Positions 51,696 to 62,098 of a DNA stretch of 64,000 bases are shown here, piece by piece. The position numbers and the translations under genes are program-made. The DNA lies in contig JAJQAG010000004.1 in NCBI GenBank assembly GCA_021203905.1, forward strand, positions 65,090 to 129,089. The letters run 5' to 3'. The notes beneath the pieces are model-generated. The model did not search any database and had not been told where the DNA came from. It saw nothing but the letters and a program-made list of their open reading frames with translations. Each line of letters opens with the position of its first letter. Positions within the stretch are counted from its first letter, which is position 1. This DNA is from Coprobacillus sp. Lineage in GTDB: Bacteria > Bacillota_I > Bacilli_A > RFN20 > CAG-826.

Positions 51696-52102
51696 GCTAA
51701 CACTCCATCAAGAAGCGCATTGATAAACTTCGCTTGTTTCTCATCAATGTATTTCTTTGCTAAATCCACCGCGATATTAATAACAATCCTCTTATCGACC
51801 TTTTCGACATATTGAAAGTGAGCGACACTCATAAGAAGAATACTTCTGGTGAGTAAGGGAAGCCTCTCCCACTTCCAATCTCTCAGGCGAGCAGATAGTA
51901 AATCTAAGATTTCTTTATAGTGATTAAGACTCTCATAGACAACCTGTTCCACAAAAAGAGAATCACTATCACGGCAGAGATCTTTAATCATTTCTCTGGG
52001 GTCAATAAAAGTCTTATCTTTACTCATATCTAGATCTAAAAGAACTTGGTAGAGAACGGTCATAGTGACATAGTGTTGTTGATTTCTTGTTAAAGCGCTC
52101 AT
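51692..52102 (-). CDS. nusB: Transcription antitermination factor NusB
   Basis: 136 aa. All-helical NusB pattern. Asp23-…-nusB-xseA synteny. Confidence 0.85.
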   Translation of the reverse strand: MSALTRNQQHYVTMTVLYQVLLDLDMSKDKTFIDPREMIKDLCRDSDSLFVEQVVYESLNHYKEILDLLSARLRDWKWERLPLLTRSILLMSVAHFQYVEKVDKRIVINIAVDLAKKYIDEKQAKFINALLDGVLA

Positions 52103-52821
52103 GTGTTTACTTCCCTACTCTCTTCTTTTAACTCTTTGGTTTCTGCTTCTTCACTTTCTAGTTTGAGATTAACACTCTTGGCTTTTAGTTTATCCGCTTT
52201 TCTTTGTTCTCTAATCCACTTTCTAGAGATCTTTCCCTCTTCTGGGTGATCTCTAATATATTCAATAGCAAAGACTCTTCGATAATAGAAGAAGCCCCTA
52301 ATGGCAAAGTACGCGGTAATGACATGCATTCCAAGCATTAACCAAAGTTCGTTATATGACATATAGGTCTCAGAATACTCATTCCTAATAGAATAGAGAA
52401 GGATTAAAAAGACCCAGTCGACGATATAGATAATATAGGAGGCATAGATATATTTCTTTTTTCCAAGTCTGGCCTCCGCACCAAACCAACAGACTAGGGC
52501 GGCCACTGCTGCGGCCACGACCATAAATAAGATTGAAGCAAAGATGGTGTTATCAAGCATCCAACTCATGATCGGGGCTTGGGTAAAGATAAACATCTGT
52601 AAGGAGAGACATAAAAAGTGTCCCCAGTAGTTTTCACCCCCACCGATGGGGATAAGGAAAAAGATCGCGCCGATAACATTAAAGATCGCGATAAAGATAA
52701 AGACGGTCGTATATCTCTTAAATCCTTTGACCGCTTTATTGTGACTCTCGATATATGTCGGTGGGGTTTTGACTCTCTTCTCCCACTTCTTTTTCTGCTT
52801 CTTTTCTTTTTCCTTAGCCAA
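52099..52821 (-). CDS. Hypothetical 4-TM membrane protein with basic N- and C-terminal tails
   Basis: 240 aa. Lysine-rich termini and four hydrophobic helices. No recognisable family. Confidence 0.4.
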   Translation of the reverse strand: MAKEKEKKQKKKWEKRVKTPPTYIESHNKAVKGFKRYTTVFIFIAIFNVIGAIFFLIPIGGGENYWGHFLCLSLQMFIFTQAPIMSWMLDNTIFASILFMVVAAAVAALVCWFGAEARLGKKKYIYASYIIYIVDWVFLILLYSIRNEYSETYMSYNELWLMLGMHVITAYFAIRGFFYYRRVFAIEYIRDHPEEGKISRKWIREQRKADKLKAKSVNLKLESEEAETKELKEESREVNT

Positions 52822-52834
52822 GAAGGTCTCCTCC

Positions 52835-53170
52835 CTAGATTAGGTTTTCGATCTTGACATTGACATCAAAAGGAACTTGATCAGTATAGGTCATAAAGAT
52901 TCTCGTGATTTCATCACAGATCTCTTTACTGACATCTTGAATATTCGCACTCTTCTCGACGTCGACCGCCATCCACACATGGATGATCCCCTTTTTAATC
53001 GTCGTGCACACAGGACGATTAAGACGAAGGTGTTTGGTCTTAGATACGGTCTTAGAAGTGGAAATTCCTAAGTTATGGAGGGCCACTAAAACGAGTTGGT
53101 CAAAGACATTTTGACTAATCGCAAGTTTTCCTCTTTGAGTGTAGTTATTAATGTAAACAAATTCCGCCAT
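52835..53170 (-). CDS. Asp23/Gls24-family alkaline-shock protein (YqhY-like)
   Basis: 111 aa with the Asp23 family pattern. Upstream of nusB as in Bacillus. Confidence 0.8.
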   Translation of the reverse strand: MAEFVYINNYTQRGKLAISQNVFDQLVLVALHNLGISTSKTVSKTKHLRLNRPVCTTIKKGIIHVWMAVDVEKSANIQDVSKEICDEITRIFMTYTDQVPFDVNVKIENLI

Positions 53171-53178
53171 AACGCCTC

Positions 53179-55173
53179 CTATTTCACAATCTCTTTAATT
53201 TTACTAACAACATCATCCACAGTGAAATGATACTTCTTAATCACCTCTTCTGCTTTTCCGCTCTCTCCATAGGTATCAACACTCATGTGGTAGGCTGCCC
53301 ACTTATCCCAGCCAAAGGAAGAGAGCATCTCAATAGAGAGTCTCTTACTTCTATCAAGGGTTAAAACACTATCTTTAACTTCTTTACTTTGTCTCTCAAA
53401 GGTTTCCATACAAGGCATGGAGATCACGGAGACATTGATCCCCTTCTTCGCGACTTTTGTTTGTGCGGCCACCGCTAGAGAAACTTCACTTCCCGTCGCA
53501 ATGATCTCTAAGTCTAGCGGTTTATCACTCTTTGCGGGACTGATGACATACGCTCCTTGCTCCACGAGTTGCGCACTACTACCAACTTCTAGGGGTAAGT
53601 TTTGTCTTGAAAGAATTAAGGCCGTCGGAGCGTCCACACTCTTTAAGGCCATATGCCAAGCCCCATACATCTCTCTCTCATCGCAAGGCCTGACTACTCT
53701 CAGTCCGGGGATAGAGCGGAGCATGGCAACCTGCTCCACGGGTTGATGAGTGGGCCCATCTTCTCCCACCGCAATAGAATCATGAGAGAAGAGATAGATA
53801 CTCGGTAAATGCATCATCGCCGCCATACGAATCGCGGGTTTCATGTAATCTGAGAAGACTAAGAAACACCCACAATAGGTTCTAATCCCGTCATGTAGGA
53901 GCATGCCATTACAAATAGAGGCCATGGCAAATTCTCTAATTCCAAAGTTGATGTTATGTCCATAAGGGCACTCTGGCGTGAGATCATGTCCTCCTATTAG
54001 TTTGGTCATGACACTCGCAGCGACATCGGCGCAACCTCCCACAAGGTTGGGGAGAGATAACATATAATCGTTAAGCGCTTTTCCGCTCGCGTTTCTTGTG
54101 GACATCTCGCTTCCTTCTTTAAAGTTTGGATAAACATCAGGAAGATACTTTGAGGTATCTAGGTGGAGAGTGTTAAGTAATCTCTCATAGTCAGTTTCAT
54201 GTTTCTTACAGTAGTTTTTCACTTTATTTTCCCAGTGGAGATATTCATCTCTTCCCCTGGCAATACACACAGTCTTAAAGTGCTCATAGACTTCAGGGGG
54301 AACATAGAAGTCTTCATAAGGGAAGTGATAGACTTCTTTTTTGGTGCTCTCTCCATCAGGATAACCAAGAGGAGTCCCGTGGGCTTTAGAGGTCCCGGCG
54401 ACACTACTTCCATATCCAATCACCGTGTGAACAATAATCACCGTGGGTTGATCACTCTTTTTCGCCCGGCAAATCGCTTTATCAATACTCTCGATATCAT
54501 TCCCCTCTTCTACTTCTAAGACATTCCACTTCGCGGCGAGAAATCTTCCTTTTGTGTCTTCCACACTAGAGAGAGAAAGGGGTCCATCAAGAGTGACATC
54601 ATTCATATCATAGAGAAGAATGAGTTTACGGAGTTTCTGTTTGCCCGCAAAAGAAATGGCTTCTTGACTAATCCCCTCTTCGAGGCATCCATCTCCACAT
54701 AGGACATAGGTATAGTGATCAATAATCTCATCCCCGTCTGTATAATTCGCCGCGAGAGATTCTTCCGCAAGAGCCATACCCACTCCTTGAGCAATTCCTT
54801 GACCAAGAGGACCAGTAGAGGCATCAATCCCATCGGTATGTCCGACTTCTGGATGACCTGGGGTCATCGATCCTGCTTGTCTGAATTGTTTTAAATCTTC
54901 CATGGTGATGTTATAACCACAGAGATGAAGAATCGCATAGTGAATGGTTGAAGCGTGACCCGCACTAAAGATGAAGCGGTCACGATTAATCCAGTCTGAG
55001 TGTTCATGAGTGCATCTCATATGACGAGAATACAAGGTGTATAAAATTGGAGCGGACCCTAAGGCCATCCCTGGATGACCGCTGTTCGCTTTATTAATCA
55101 TATCGATAGCGAGTGACCTAATCGTGGCCACACATAAATCATCAATCCGACGATTTTTATATTTCTTTGGCAT
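53179..55173 (-). CDS. tkt: Transketolase
   Basis: TPP-binding GHPG…, GDGCLEEG, and conserved transketolase pyrimidine and C-terminal domains. 664 aa. Confidence 0.93.
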   Translation of the reverse strand: MPKKYKNRRIDDLCVATIRSLAIDMINKANSGHPGMALGSAPILYTLYSRHMRCTHEHSDWINRDRFIFSAGHASTIHYAILHLCGYNITMEDLKQFRQAGSMTPGHPEVGHTDGIDASTGPLGQGIAQGVGMALAEESLAANYTDGDEIIDHYTYVLCGDGCLEEGISQEAISFAGKQKLRKLILLYDMNDVTLDGPLSLSSVEDTKGRFLAAKWNVLEVEEGNDIESIDKAICRAKKSDQPTVIIVHTVIGYGSSVAGTSKAHGTPLGYPDGESTKKEVYHFPYEDFYVPPEVYEHFKTVCIARGRDEYLHWENKVKNYCKKHETDYERLLNTLHLDTSKYLPDVYPNFKEGSEMSTRNASGKALNDYMLSLPNLVGGCADVAASVMTKLIGGHDLTPECPYGHNINFGIREFAMASICNGMLLHDGIRTYCGCFLVFSDYMKPAIRMAAMMHLPSIYLFSHDSIAVGEDGPTHQPVEQVAMLRSIPGLRVVRPCDEREMYGAWHMALKSVDAPTALILSRQNLPLEVGSSAQLVEQGAYVISPAKSDKPLDLEIIATGSEVSLAVAAQTKVAKKGINVSVISMPCMETFERQSKEVKDSVLTLDRSKRLSIEMLSSFGWDKWAAYHMSVDTYGESGKAEEVIKKYHFTVDDVVSKIKEIVK

Positions 55174-56903
55174 TATTTTTCCTCCTTTAAGAGAGAAAGA
55201 GCGAGCTCATCAAGTTGACTCTTATCGACCTCTGTCGGGGCGCCACTCATGGGATCACCACCACTAAGGTTCTTCGGGAAGGCGATGACATCACGAATGT
55301 TATCGCTAGCACAGAGTATCATCGTGAGTCTATCGAGTCCAAAGGCAATACCCGCATGCGGGGGAGTGCCGTATTGGAAGGCTTCAAGGAAGAAACCAAA
55401 TCTCTTTTTCACTTCACTATCACTAAGTCCGAGAACTTTAAACACTCTCTTTTGAACTTCTTGGTCATAGATTCTTAGTGAACCCCCACCAATCTCATTC
55501 CCGTTAAGGATGAGATCATAGGCATAAGAGGAGACACCTAAAGGATCAGACTCTAACTTTTCTAAATCACTATCATTAGGACGGGTAAAGGGATGATGAA
55601 CACTAGTAATATTTCCTTCGACATCTCTTTCAAAAAGTGGGAAGTCAACGACCCACACTAAATCATAAGTTCCCTCTTTTGTGAGGTGTAATTGTTTCGC
55701 ATAGTCCACTCTTAAAGCGCCGAGGAAGAAACTCACTCTCTTATAGTCTCCCCAAGAAATAATTAAGATATCACCACTTTTTAAGCCAGTTTTAGCGATT
55801 ATTTCTTTTTGTTGACTCTCACTGAGGAATTTTACTATCCCCCCACTGAGGGTGTTCTTGCTATCAAGCTTTAAGACACTAGTTCCCTCAACAAGATACT
55901 TCTTTCCTTCACTAGTAAGATCATCAATGACTTTTCTTGTTGTGGTTTCACTGACCCCGGGGATGACGATTCCTCTCACCGCCTCAGCGTGGAAACCACT
56001 AAAGTCACTGTCTTTGACGATATCTTTGAGACAGACGAGTTTTAAATCATAACGAGTGTCAGGTTTATCACTGCCATAATCTTTAACAGCGCTTTCATAA
56101 CTAATTTGTTTAAAGGGTGTTTGAATATCGATGTTTATCGCTTCCTTAAAGATGTTTTTAACGAGTCCCTCCACTAAAGAAATAACTTCCTTTTGACTCA
56201 TAAAAGACATCTCAATATCAATCTGAGTAAATTCTGGTTGACGGTCACTCCTGAGATCTTCATCTCGAAAGCAATGGGCAATCTGATAGTATTTTTCAAT
56301 TCCGGAAATCATTAAGAGTTGTTTAAAGATTTGTGGGGATTGAGGAAGAGCATAGAAACTCCCCTTCTTGAGTCTTGAAGGCACTAAGAAATCTCTCGCT
56401 CCTTCAGGAGTGGATAAATTTAATATTGGGGTTTCCACTTCAATAAAGCCTTGGTTATTAAGGTATTCATGAGTGGCCATCTTAATCGCGTTTCTAATGT
56501 CAAGGTTATGTTGCATCGTAGGACGACGTAAGTCGAGATAACGATATTTGAGACGGACATCTTCTAAAGCATCCGTTTCATCGGCGATAATCAAAGGTGT
56601 TGTTTTAGCGGTATTTAAGACATTAACTTCTTTCGCACTTACTTCTATCTCTCCACTTTTTAAGTTCGGGTTAGGGGTTTCTCTCTTAGTGACCACTCCT
56701 AAGACTTCTAGGACATACTCATTACGGATGTCCACTTTAATTTCATCGGTTTTAATCACTACTTGAACTATTCCGCTTCGATCACGGAGGTCCACAAAAG
56801 TAATCGCTCCAAAATTACGAATCTTACTGGCCCAACCAGCGACGACAACTTCTTGTCCGAGGTTAGTGATATTTAGTTCACCATTTTTATGTGTTCTTTC
56901 CAT
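55173..56903 (-). CDS. aspS: Aspartate--tRNA ligase
   Basis: Class II aaRS motifs (FRDEDLR, GLDR), an N-terminal OB fold, and a GAD insertion domain. 576 aa. Confidence 0.95.
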   Translation of the reverse strand: MERTHKNGELNITNLGQEVVVAGWASKIRNFGAITFVDLRDRSGIVQVVIKTDEIKVDIRNEYVLEVLGVVTKRETPNPNLKSGEIEVSAKEVNVLNTAKTTPLIIADETDALEDVRLKYRYLDLRRPTMQHNLDIRNAIKMATHEYLNNQGFIEVETPILNLSTPEGARDFLVPSRLKKGSFYALPQSPQIFKQLLMISGIEKYYQIAHCFRDEDLRSDRQPEFTQIDIEMSFMSQKEVISLVEGLVKNIFKEAINIDIQTPFKQISYESAVKDYGSDKPDTRYDLKLVCLKDIVKDSDFSGFHAEAVRGIVIPGVSETTTRKVIDDLTSEGKKYLVEGTSVLKLDSKNTLSGGIVKFLSESQQKEIIAKTGLKSGDILIISWGDYKRVSFFLGALRVDYAKQLHLTKEGTYDLVWVVDFPLFERDVEGNITSVHHPFTRPNDSDLEKLESDPLGVSSYAYDLILNGNEIGGGSLRIYDQEVQKRVFKVLGLSDSEVKKRFGFFLEAFQYGTPPHAGIAFGLDRLTMILCASDNIRDVIAFPKNLSGGDPMSGAPTEVDKSQLDELALSLLKEEK

Positions 56904-56905
56904 AA

Positions 56906-58174
56906 TTAGTGTCCTTTTCTTAAGGTGGAGATGAGATCTTCTTTCTTTATCGTTACCTGTTCTTGAGTGGCTAAGTTCTTTAATTGAAGGGTGCCACGAG
57001 AGAGCTCATCCTCTCCCACGATGACTCCATAATCCATACTTAATCTCTCAGCTTTTTTAAACATGGAACCAATCTTTCCACCTTCGTAGTTCACTTCCGT
57101 GACAAAGCCATTGATTCTTAGGGTGTGAGCAATGTCACTGGCATAGTTATAGCAAGGATCACTTAAAGGCATGACGTAGACCTTTTTACCTAAAGGTAAA
57201 CGCACATCAATAGCGAGTTCACTAAGAAGGGTCATAAGTCTTTCCACGCCAAAGGAGAAACCCACTCCCTCAAGGTCTGGCCCTCCAAGTTGGGCCACTA
57301 AATTGTGGTAGTGACCACCCCCAAGAATTGCTCCTTGAGTGACATCTCCTCTTAGGGGATGAACTTCAAAGACAATCCCTGTATAGTAATCAAGACCTCT
57401 CACGAGTTTATGATCAATTTCACAGTGCACTCCAAGTTTCTTTACGCTCTCGCACACCTTCTCTAATTCTCCCTTTTCCTTTTCCGAAAGGAATTGGTCA
57501 ATGGTGGGTGCCCCTTTGATAATCTGTTGATCTTCTTCCACTTTACAATCAAGGATTCTTAAGGGATTAACATCAAGCCTTTCATGACAATCCGGACACA
57601 TAAAGGCCACTCTTGGAGAGAAGTATAACTTTAAAGCGTCCCGATAGGCTTTTCTCGTCTTTTCTCCTCCAAGGTGATTGACTTTAACAACCACTTGATC
57701 ACGAAGAGCAAAAGCGGAGAGGAAATCTACGACGAGTGCTAGGACTTCAATATCAGATTGAATAGAGGTGGTTCCGACACACTCCACCCCTCCTTGATAA
57801 AACTCTCTATATCTTCCACTTTGGGGTCTTTCATATCGAAAGCTAGGACCAAAATAACAAGACTTAATGGGGAGAGGTTCAGTGGCATAGAGTTTATTCT
57901 CCACAATACTTCTCACAATCCCCGCGGTAAACTCTGGTCTCAAAGTAATAGAGCGGTTATTTTTATCCATGAATGTATACATCTCTTTACGGACAATGTC
58001 ACTACCTTCTCCCACACTACGAGAGAAGAGCTCACTATATTCCATTGTGGGCACATAGTGACTATTAAAGGAGTAGCGTTCACAGACGCGGTTAAAGACA
58101 TTACGAATTGCCTCGAGAGTGGAGGCATCTTTTTTAATAAAATCATGGGTTCCTTTTACTTTTTGATAGCTCAT
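56906..58174 (-). CDS. hisS: Histidine--tRNA ligase
   Basis: Class II motifs (…RYERPQ.GR.REF…, GGGRYD-like GGGHYHNL) and a C-terminal anticodon-binding domain. Confidence 0.93.
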   Translation of the reverse strand: MSYQKVKGTHDFIKKDASTLEAIRNVFNRVCERYSFNSHYVPTMEYSELFSRSVGEGSDIVRKEMYTFMDKNNRSITLRPEFTAGIVRSIVENKLYATEPLPIKSCYFGPSFRYERPQSGRYREFYQGGVECVGTTSIQSDIEVLALVVDFLSAFALRDQVVVKVNHLGGEKTRKAYRDALKLYFSPRVAFMCPDCHERLDVNPLRILDCKVEEDQQIIKGAPTIDQFLSEKEKGELEKVCESVKKLGVHCEIDHKLVRGLDYYTGIVFEVHPLRGDVTQGAILGGGHYHNLVAQLGGPDLEGVGFSFGVERLMTLLSELAIDVRLPLGKKVYVMPLSDPCYNYASDIAHTLRINGFVTEVNYEGGKIGSMFKKAERLSMDYGVIVGEDELSRGTLQLKNLATQEQVTIKKEDLISTLRKGH

Positions 58175-58186
58175 AGTTTTTCTCCT

Positions 58187-60403
58187 TTAATGGGTTGCCC
58201 TTTTAATATCATACACTCCATTAATATTTAAAAGAATATTAATTACATCAGTAAGACGTTTACTATTAGGGACTAAGATTGTGGTTTGAAAGTTAACCTT
58301 TCCACTATTACCCACCACTTTCCCATGGATTTGGGTAAGAGGTATTTTGTGGTTGGCTAAAGCGGACATGATATCGAGTAAGAGTTTTTGTCTATCCACC
58401 GCTTGAATGACAAGATCCACTGGATAGTTTTCTTTATCAAGATTGGGTTTCCAATAGACATCGATTAATCGATCTTTCTCATTCTCGATGTTGGGGCAAT
58501 CATGACGATGGACAGAGATTCCTTTCCCTCTCGTGATATAACCAACGATTTCATCTCCGGGGATGGGAGTGCAACAATTAGCGAGAGAGATAGCGATATT
58601 ATCCGCTCCCTTACAATAGACTGGGCAGGTAGAATCCGCTTTAAAGTTAAATGTCGCATCAGAGTCATTACTCTGATTAACAGGTTTTCTAATCTTGAGA
58701 TAATCAATTACTGCGGAGGGAGAGGGTTTTCTCCCATAGACCATGACATAGAGATCATCTAAACTATTACACTCAAAGTGCTCTAAAACTTTCTTGGTAT
58801 TTAAGAGAGAAACCATCTCTTCTTCATCAATTCCCTTATCCTTAAAGGAATCAAGGAGAGATTGTTTCCCCTTTTGAATCTTCTCTCCTCTTTCTTGATC
58901 GGCATTCTTCTTAGAGATAAATCTCTTGATAGATTGCTTGGCGAGAGAAGACTTGACAAAGCTTAACCACCCTTCACTTGGAGTGGAATTCTTACTGGTC
59001 TTAATCTCCACCATATCGCCAGTCTCAAGAACTGTATTTAGTGGCACCATCACTCCATTAACTAAGGCTCCCACAGTGGTGTCCCCCACTTTGGTGTGAA
59101 TCTTATAAGCAAAGTCCACTGGAGTGGATCCACTTGGAAGTTCGATGACCTTACCTTTAGGGGTAAAGACATAAATATTCGCCTCAAAGATATCTTTAGT
59201 TAAGGAATCAACATACTCTTTCGCATCCCCCTCTTCCGCATTACTACTGAGAGAGACAAAGTCTCTGAACCAGTGAAGTTTATTTTCAATTTCTTGTTGT
59301 TCTTGCTTAGAGTTATAACCATTTCCTTCTTTATAAGCCCAGTGAGCCGCCACTCCAACCTCGGCCACTTCATCCATCTCTTTGGTTCTAATCTGGACTT
59401 CGTAACGGTTTCCATCTCCTCCAAGAATGGAGGTATGGAGAGATTGATAAAGATTAGGTTTCGGCATAGCGATATAATCTTTAAATCTTCCCGGAATAGG
59501 AACATAGGTTTGATGAATCAAACCGAGGATTTCATAACATTGGATTTCAGTGTCCGTAATAATACGGAGGGCTAAGATATCATAAATCTCATCAAATGGA
59601 GTGTTTAGGACATACATCTTGTGATAAATCGAATAGATAGATTTAACCCTGGATTCAATCTCAAAAGGAATGTGATTCTCAAAGAGAAGATCAGCGATTC
59701 TCTTCTTAATTCCATCAAGAGATTTCTCCAAGGTCTTGGTCTTTTTTGTTAAGAGAGAGGTGATGTGCTTATAGATGTCTGGTTCGAGATACTTAAGACA
59801 TAAGTCTTGCATCTCACTCTTAATCTTATCAAGACCTAATCTATGGGCTATCGGGATAAAAACATCCATGCTCTCTTGAGCGAGAGCAATTTGTCTATCA
59901 CAAGATAAAGAACCTAAAGTTCTTAAGTTATGTAATCTATCAGCGAGTTTAATAAGAATGACACGGATGTCTTTCGCCATCCCAATAAAGATACGACGGT
60001 GATCCTCCGCTTCAAACTCTTCATTCTCCATACGAGAGAGCTTTAATCTCTGAATTTTCGTGAGGGATTCAACAAGCATCCCCACGTCTTCTCCGAAAAA
60101 ATGAACGATCTCTTCAAGAGAAGTCTTAGTATCCTCTAATGTATCATGTAAAAGTCCGGCGATAATGGTATTAGGTCCACAGTGAAGGTCACTTAAAATA
60201 TAGGCGACCTCAATCAAGTGTTGAGCGTAGTCTTCACCACTCATTCTCTTCTGTCCTTCATGCTTTTCAAGCATGAACTCATAGGCTTGGTTAATACGCT
60301 TACGATCGTGTTCACTCGAGATGTACTCATAGTAAAGATCTTCGACATCCGCGAAGGTGTGCATGGGATAACCACCATTAGGGAGATTTTTTACTTCTGC
60401 CAT
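58187..60403 (-). CDS. relA: Bifunctional (p)ppGpp synthetase/hydrolase RelA/SpoT (Rel). The likely start is MAEVKN at 60403, since the ORF opens with TTG at 60418.
   Basis: HD hydrolase (HCGPNTIIAGLLHDTLED), synthetase, TGS and ACT domains. Confidence 0.92.
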   Translation of the reverse strand: MAEVKNLPNGGYPMHTFADVEDLYYEYISSEHDRKRINQAYEFMLEKHEGQKRMSGEDYAQHLIEVAYILSDLHCGPNTIIAGLLHDTLEDTKTSLEEIVHFFGEDVGMLVESLTKIQRLKLSRMENEEFEAEDHRRIFIGMAKDIRVILIKLADRLHNLRTLGSLSCDRQIALAQESMDVFIPIAHRLGLDKIKSEMQDLCLKYLEPDIYKHITSLLTKKTKTLEKSLDGIKKRIADLLFENHIPFEIESRVKSIYSIYHKMYVLNTPFDEIYDILALRIITDTEIQCYEILGLIHQTYVPIPGRFKDYIAMPKPNLYQSLHTSILGGDGNRYEVQIRTKEMDEVAEVGVAAHWAYKEGNGYNSKQEQQEIENKLHWFRDFVSLSSNAEEGDAKEYVDSLTKDIFEANIYVFTPKGKVIELPSGSTPVDFAYKIHTKVGDTTVGALVNGVMVPLNTVLETGDMVEIKTSKNSTPSEGWLSFVKSSLAKQSIKRFISKKNADQERGEKIQKGKQSLLDSFKDKGIDEEEMVSLLNTKKVLEHFECNSLDDLYVMVYGRKPSPSAVIDYLKIRKPVNQSNDSDATFNFKADSTCPVYCKGADNIAISLANCCTPIPGDEIVGYITRGKGISVHRHDCPNIENEKDRLIDVYWKPNLDKENYPVDLVIQAVDRQKLLLDIMSALANHKIPLTQIHGKVVGNSGKVNFQTTILVPNSKRLTDVINILLNINGVYDIKRATH

Positions 60404-60485
60404 GCCTTTATCATACAAAAAAATCCCTTATTTATAAAGATAAATAAAAAGGATTGCTATAGATATCAATCATTTTTAACTTCAC

Positions 60486-62042
60486 TTATAGGGACTCTTT
60501 TATGTCCTTTATCATGAAGTCGAGACTAGTCACCCCACGATACTCACTGAGGGAATAATTCCCATAAATATCGATATAGTTATAGTGAGAGAGCATCTCT
60601 TTTGTGTATCCAAAGCCGATGAATTTCGCGTGGATTGAGATTCTTGAGATGATGTGCTCGCCCGAGCGGGAATACTCTAAACTAGAGGCTTTTACCCTCT
60701 CTAATCGAAATAATGGTTGTTCCCAATCTATGCCAAAAGGTGAGAGTTTATTAAGTAAATAGTAGTTTTCTAGTGTAATTTCAGTAATATTGACATCAAT
60801 CACTTTTTCTTCAACTTCTTCAACTTCAATCCCCTTAACGAGGACTTTAAAGTCTCTTGAGAAGTCACTAAAATCGCTCTCTCTAATCGAGAGGCCTCCC
60901 GCACTGGTGTGACCACCACTAGAGACTAAATATTGAGAGAGTTTAGTGAATATTTCCATGACATCATATCCCGCGGGAGTTCTAATTGATCCTTTAAGAC
61001 AACCACTATTGACGGAGTCCTGGGCGAAGCAGACAACTGGGACATTGAATTTCCTTAAGATGGTATTCGCGATAATCCCAAGGAGCCCTTCTTGAATGTC
61101 ATATTTTAAGACATAGGCCTCTTCTCTTTCCATACTCTCGACAGAGGCGACAATTCCCTCGGAGAGGGCCTTTCTCTCCGCGTTGATGTCATTAATCCAT
61201 AAAGCGTATTTCGAGATTAATTCCTTATCATCCGTTACAAAGTAACGGACTAGTCTATTTATTGTTGTGTCTTTAACAACTCTCCCCACCGCATTAATCT
61301 TTGGAGAGATCCGACTTCCTATTCCGCTTTCATCAAAATCAAGGCCCTCATTTAAGGTATCGAAGGCGCTAAAAAGGCCAAGGCGATAGCTTTTAAAAAC
61401 ACTGCGGAGTAAATCCCTATTATATTCTCTTAGGGGCATCATATCTCCAATGGTGGCGACTGCCGCCATCAAAGCGAGTTTATAGTCATATCTCTCAAGT
61501 AAGTAAATCGAGAAGAGATAGGCAAGGTAACCTGCGCAAACAGGTGTCTTACCATAATGAGATAGATCAGGGTGTAAGATATAGTCTGCACGAGGTAGTT
61601 TATCAATCATTTCGTGGTGGTCAATCACAATAACGGTGATCCCCTTATCTTTTAGATAAGAGATGGGCTCAAAGACAGTCACCCCATTATCGATAAGAAT
61701 CACCACTTGATAGCCCTTCTGTGCTATCTCCTGGGCTTTCTCTAGGCTCATCCCGTAGCCATCAAGATATCGAGACGGAATATAATAACCAACTTGGGCT
61801 TTTAACTCCTCTAGGGCTCTTACTAAGATTGATGTGGACATAATCCCATCTGTGTCATAATCTCCATAGATCATGACCTTCTCTCCGTTTTGGATATGTT
61901 TCTTTAGTTGGTCACTAACCTCCTTCATCCCTTGGAATTCTCTTGGGATATGATACGTGTCAAAAGAGATATCTCTAGTGAGATAGGTGTAATCATCTTG
62001 ACTAATCTCATAATAACGAAGGAGTTTATCAATAAAGTTCAT
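60486..62042 (-). CDS. recJ: Single-stranded-DNA-specific exonuclease RecJ (short form)
   Basis: DHH motifs (DYDTDG, IDHH) and a DHHA1 domain (GGHTSAGG). Confidence 0.85.
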   Translation of the reverse strand: MNFIDKLLRYYEISQDDYTYLTRDISFDTYHIPREFQGMKEVSDQLKKHIQNGEKVMIYGDYDTDGIMSTSILVRALEELKAQVGYYIPSRYLDGYGMSLEKAQEIAQKGYQVVILIDNGVTVFEPISYLKDKGITVIVIDHHEMIDKLPRADYILHPDLSHYGKTPVCAGYLAYLFSIYLLERYDYKLALMAAVATIGDMMPLREYNRDLLRSVFKSYRLGLFSAFDTLNEGLDFDESGIGSRISPKINAVGRVVKDTTINRLVRYFVTDDKELISKYALWINDINAERKALSEGIVASVESMEREEAYVLKYDIQEGLLGIIANTILRKFNVPVVCFAQDSVNSGCLKGSIRTPAGYDVMEIFTKLSQYLVSSGGHTSAGGLSIRESDFSDFSRDFKVLVKGIEVEEVEEKVIDVNITEITLENYYLLNKLSPFGIDWEQPLFRLERVKASSLEYSRSGEHIISRISIHAKFIGFGYTKEMLSHYNYIDIYGNYSLSEYRGVTSLDFMIKDIKESL

Positions 62043-62050
62043 AGGCTAGT

Positions 62051-62077
62051 AAATTAAAAGGCTACATAAGTAGCCTT
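62051..62077 (-). terminator. Intrinsic terminator downstream of secDF (minus strand)
   Basis: AAGGCTAC-ataa-GTAGCCTT. The minus-strand transcript is followed by UUAAUUU. Confidence 0.5.
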
Positions 62078-62098
62078 ATTAAGATTACGGGAGAAAAC

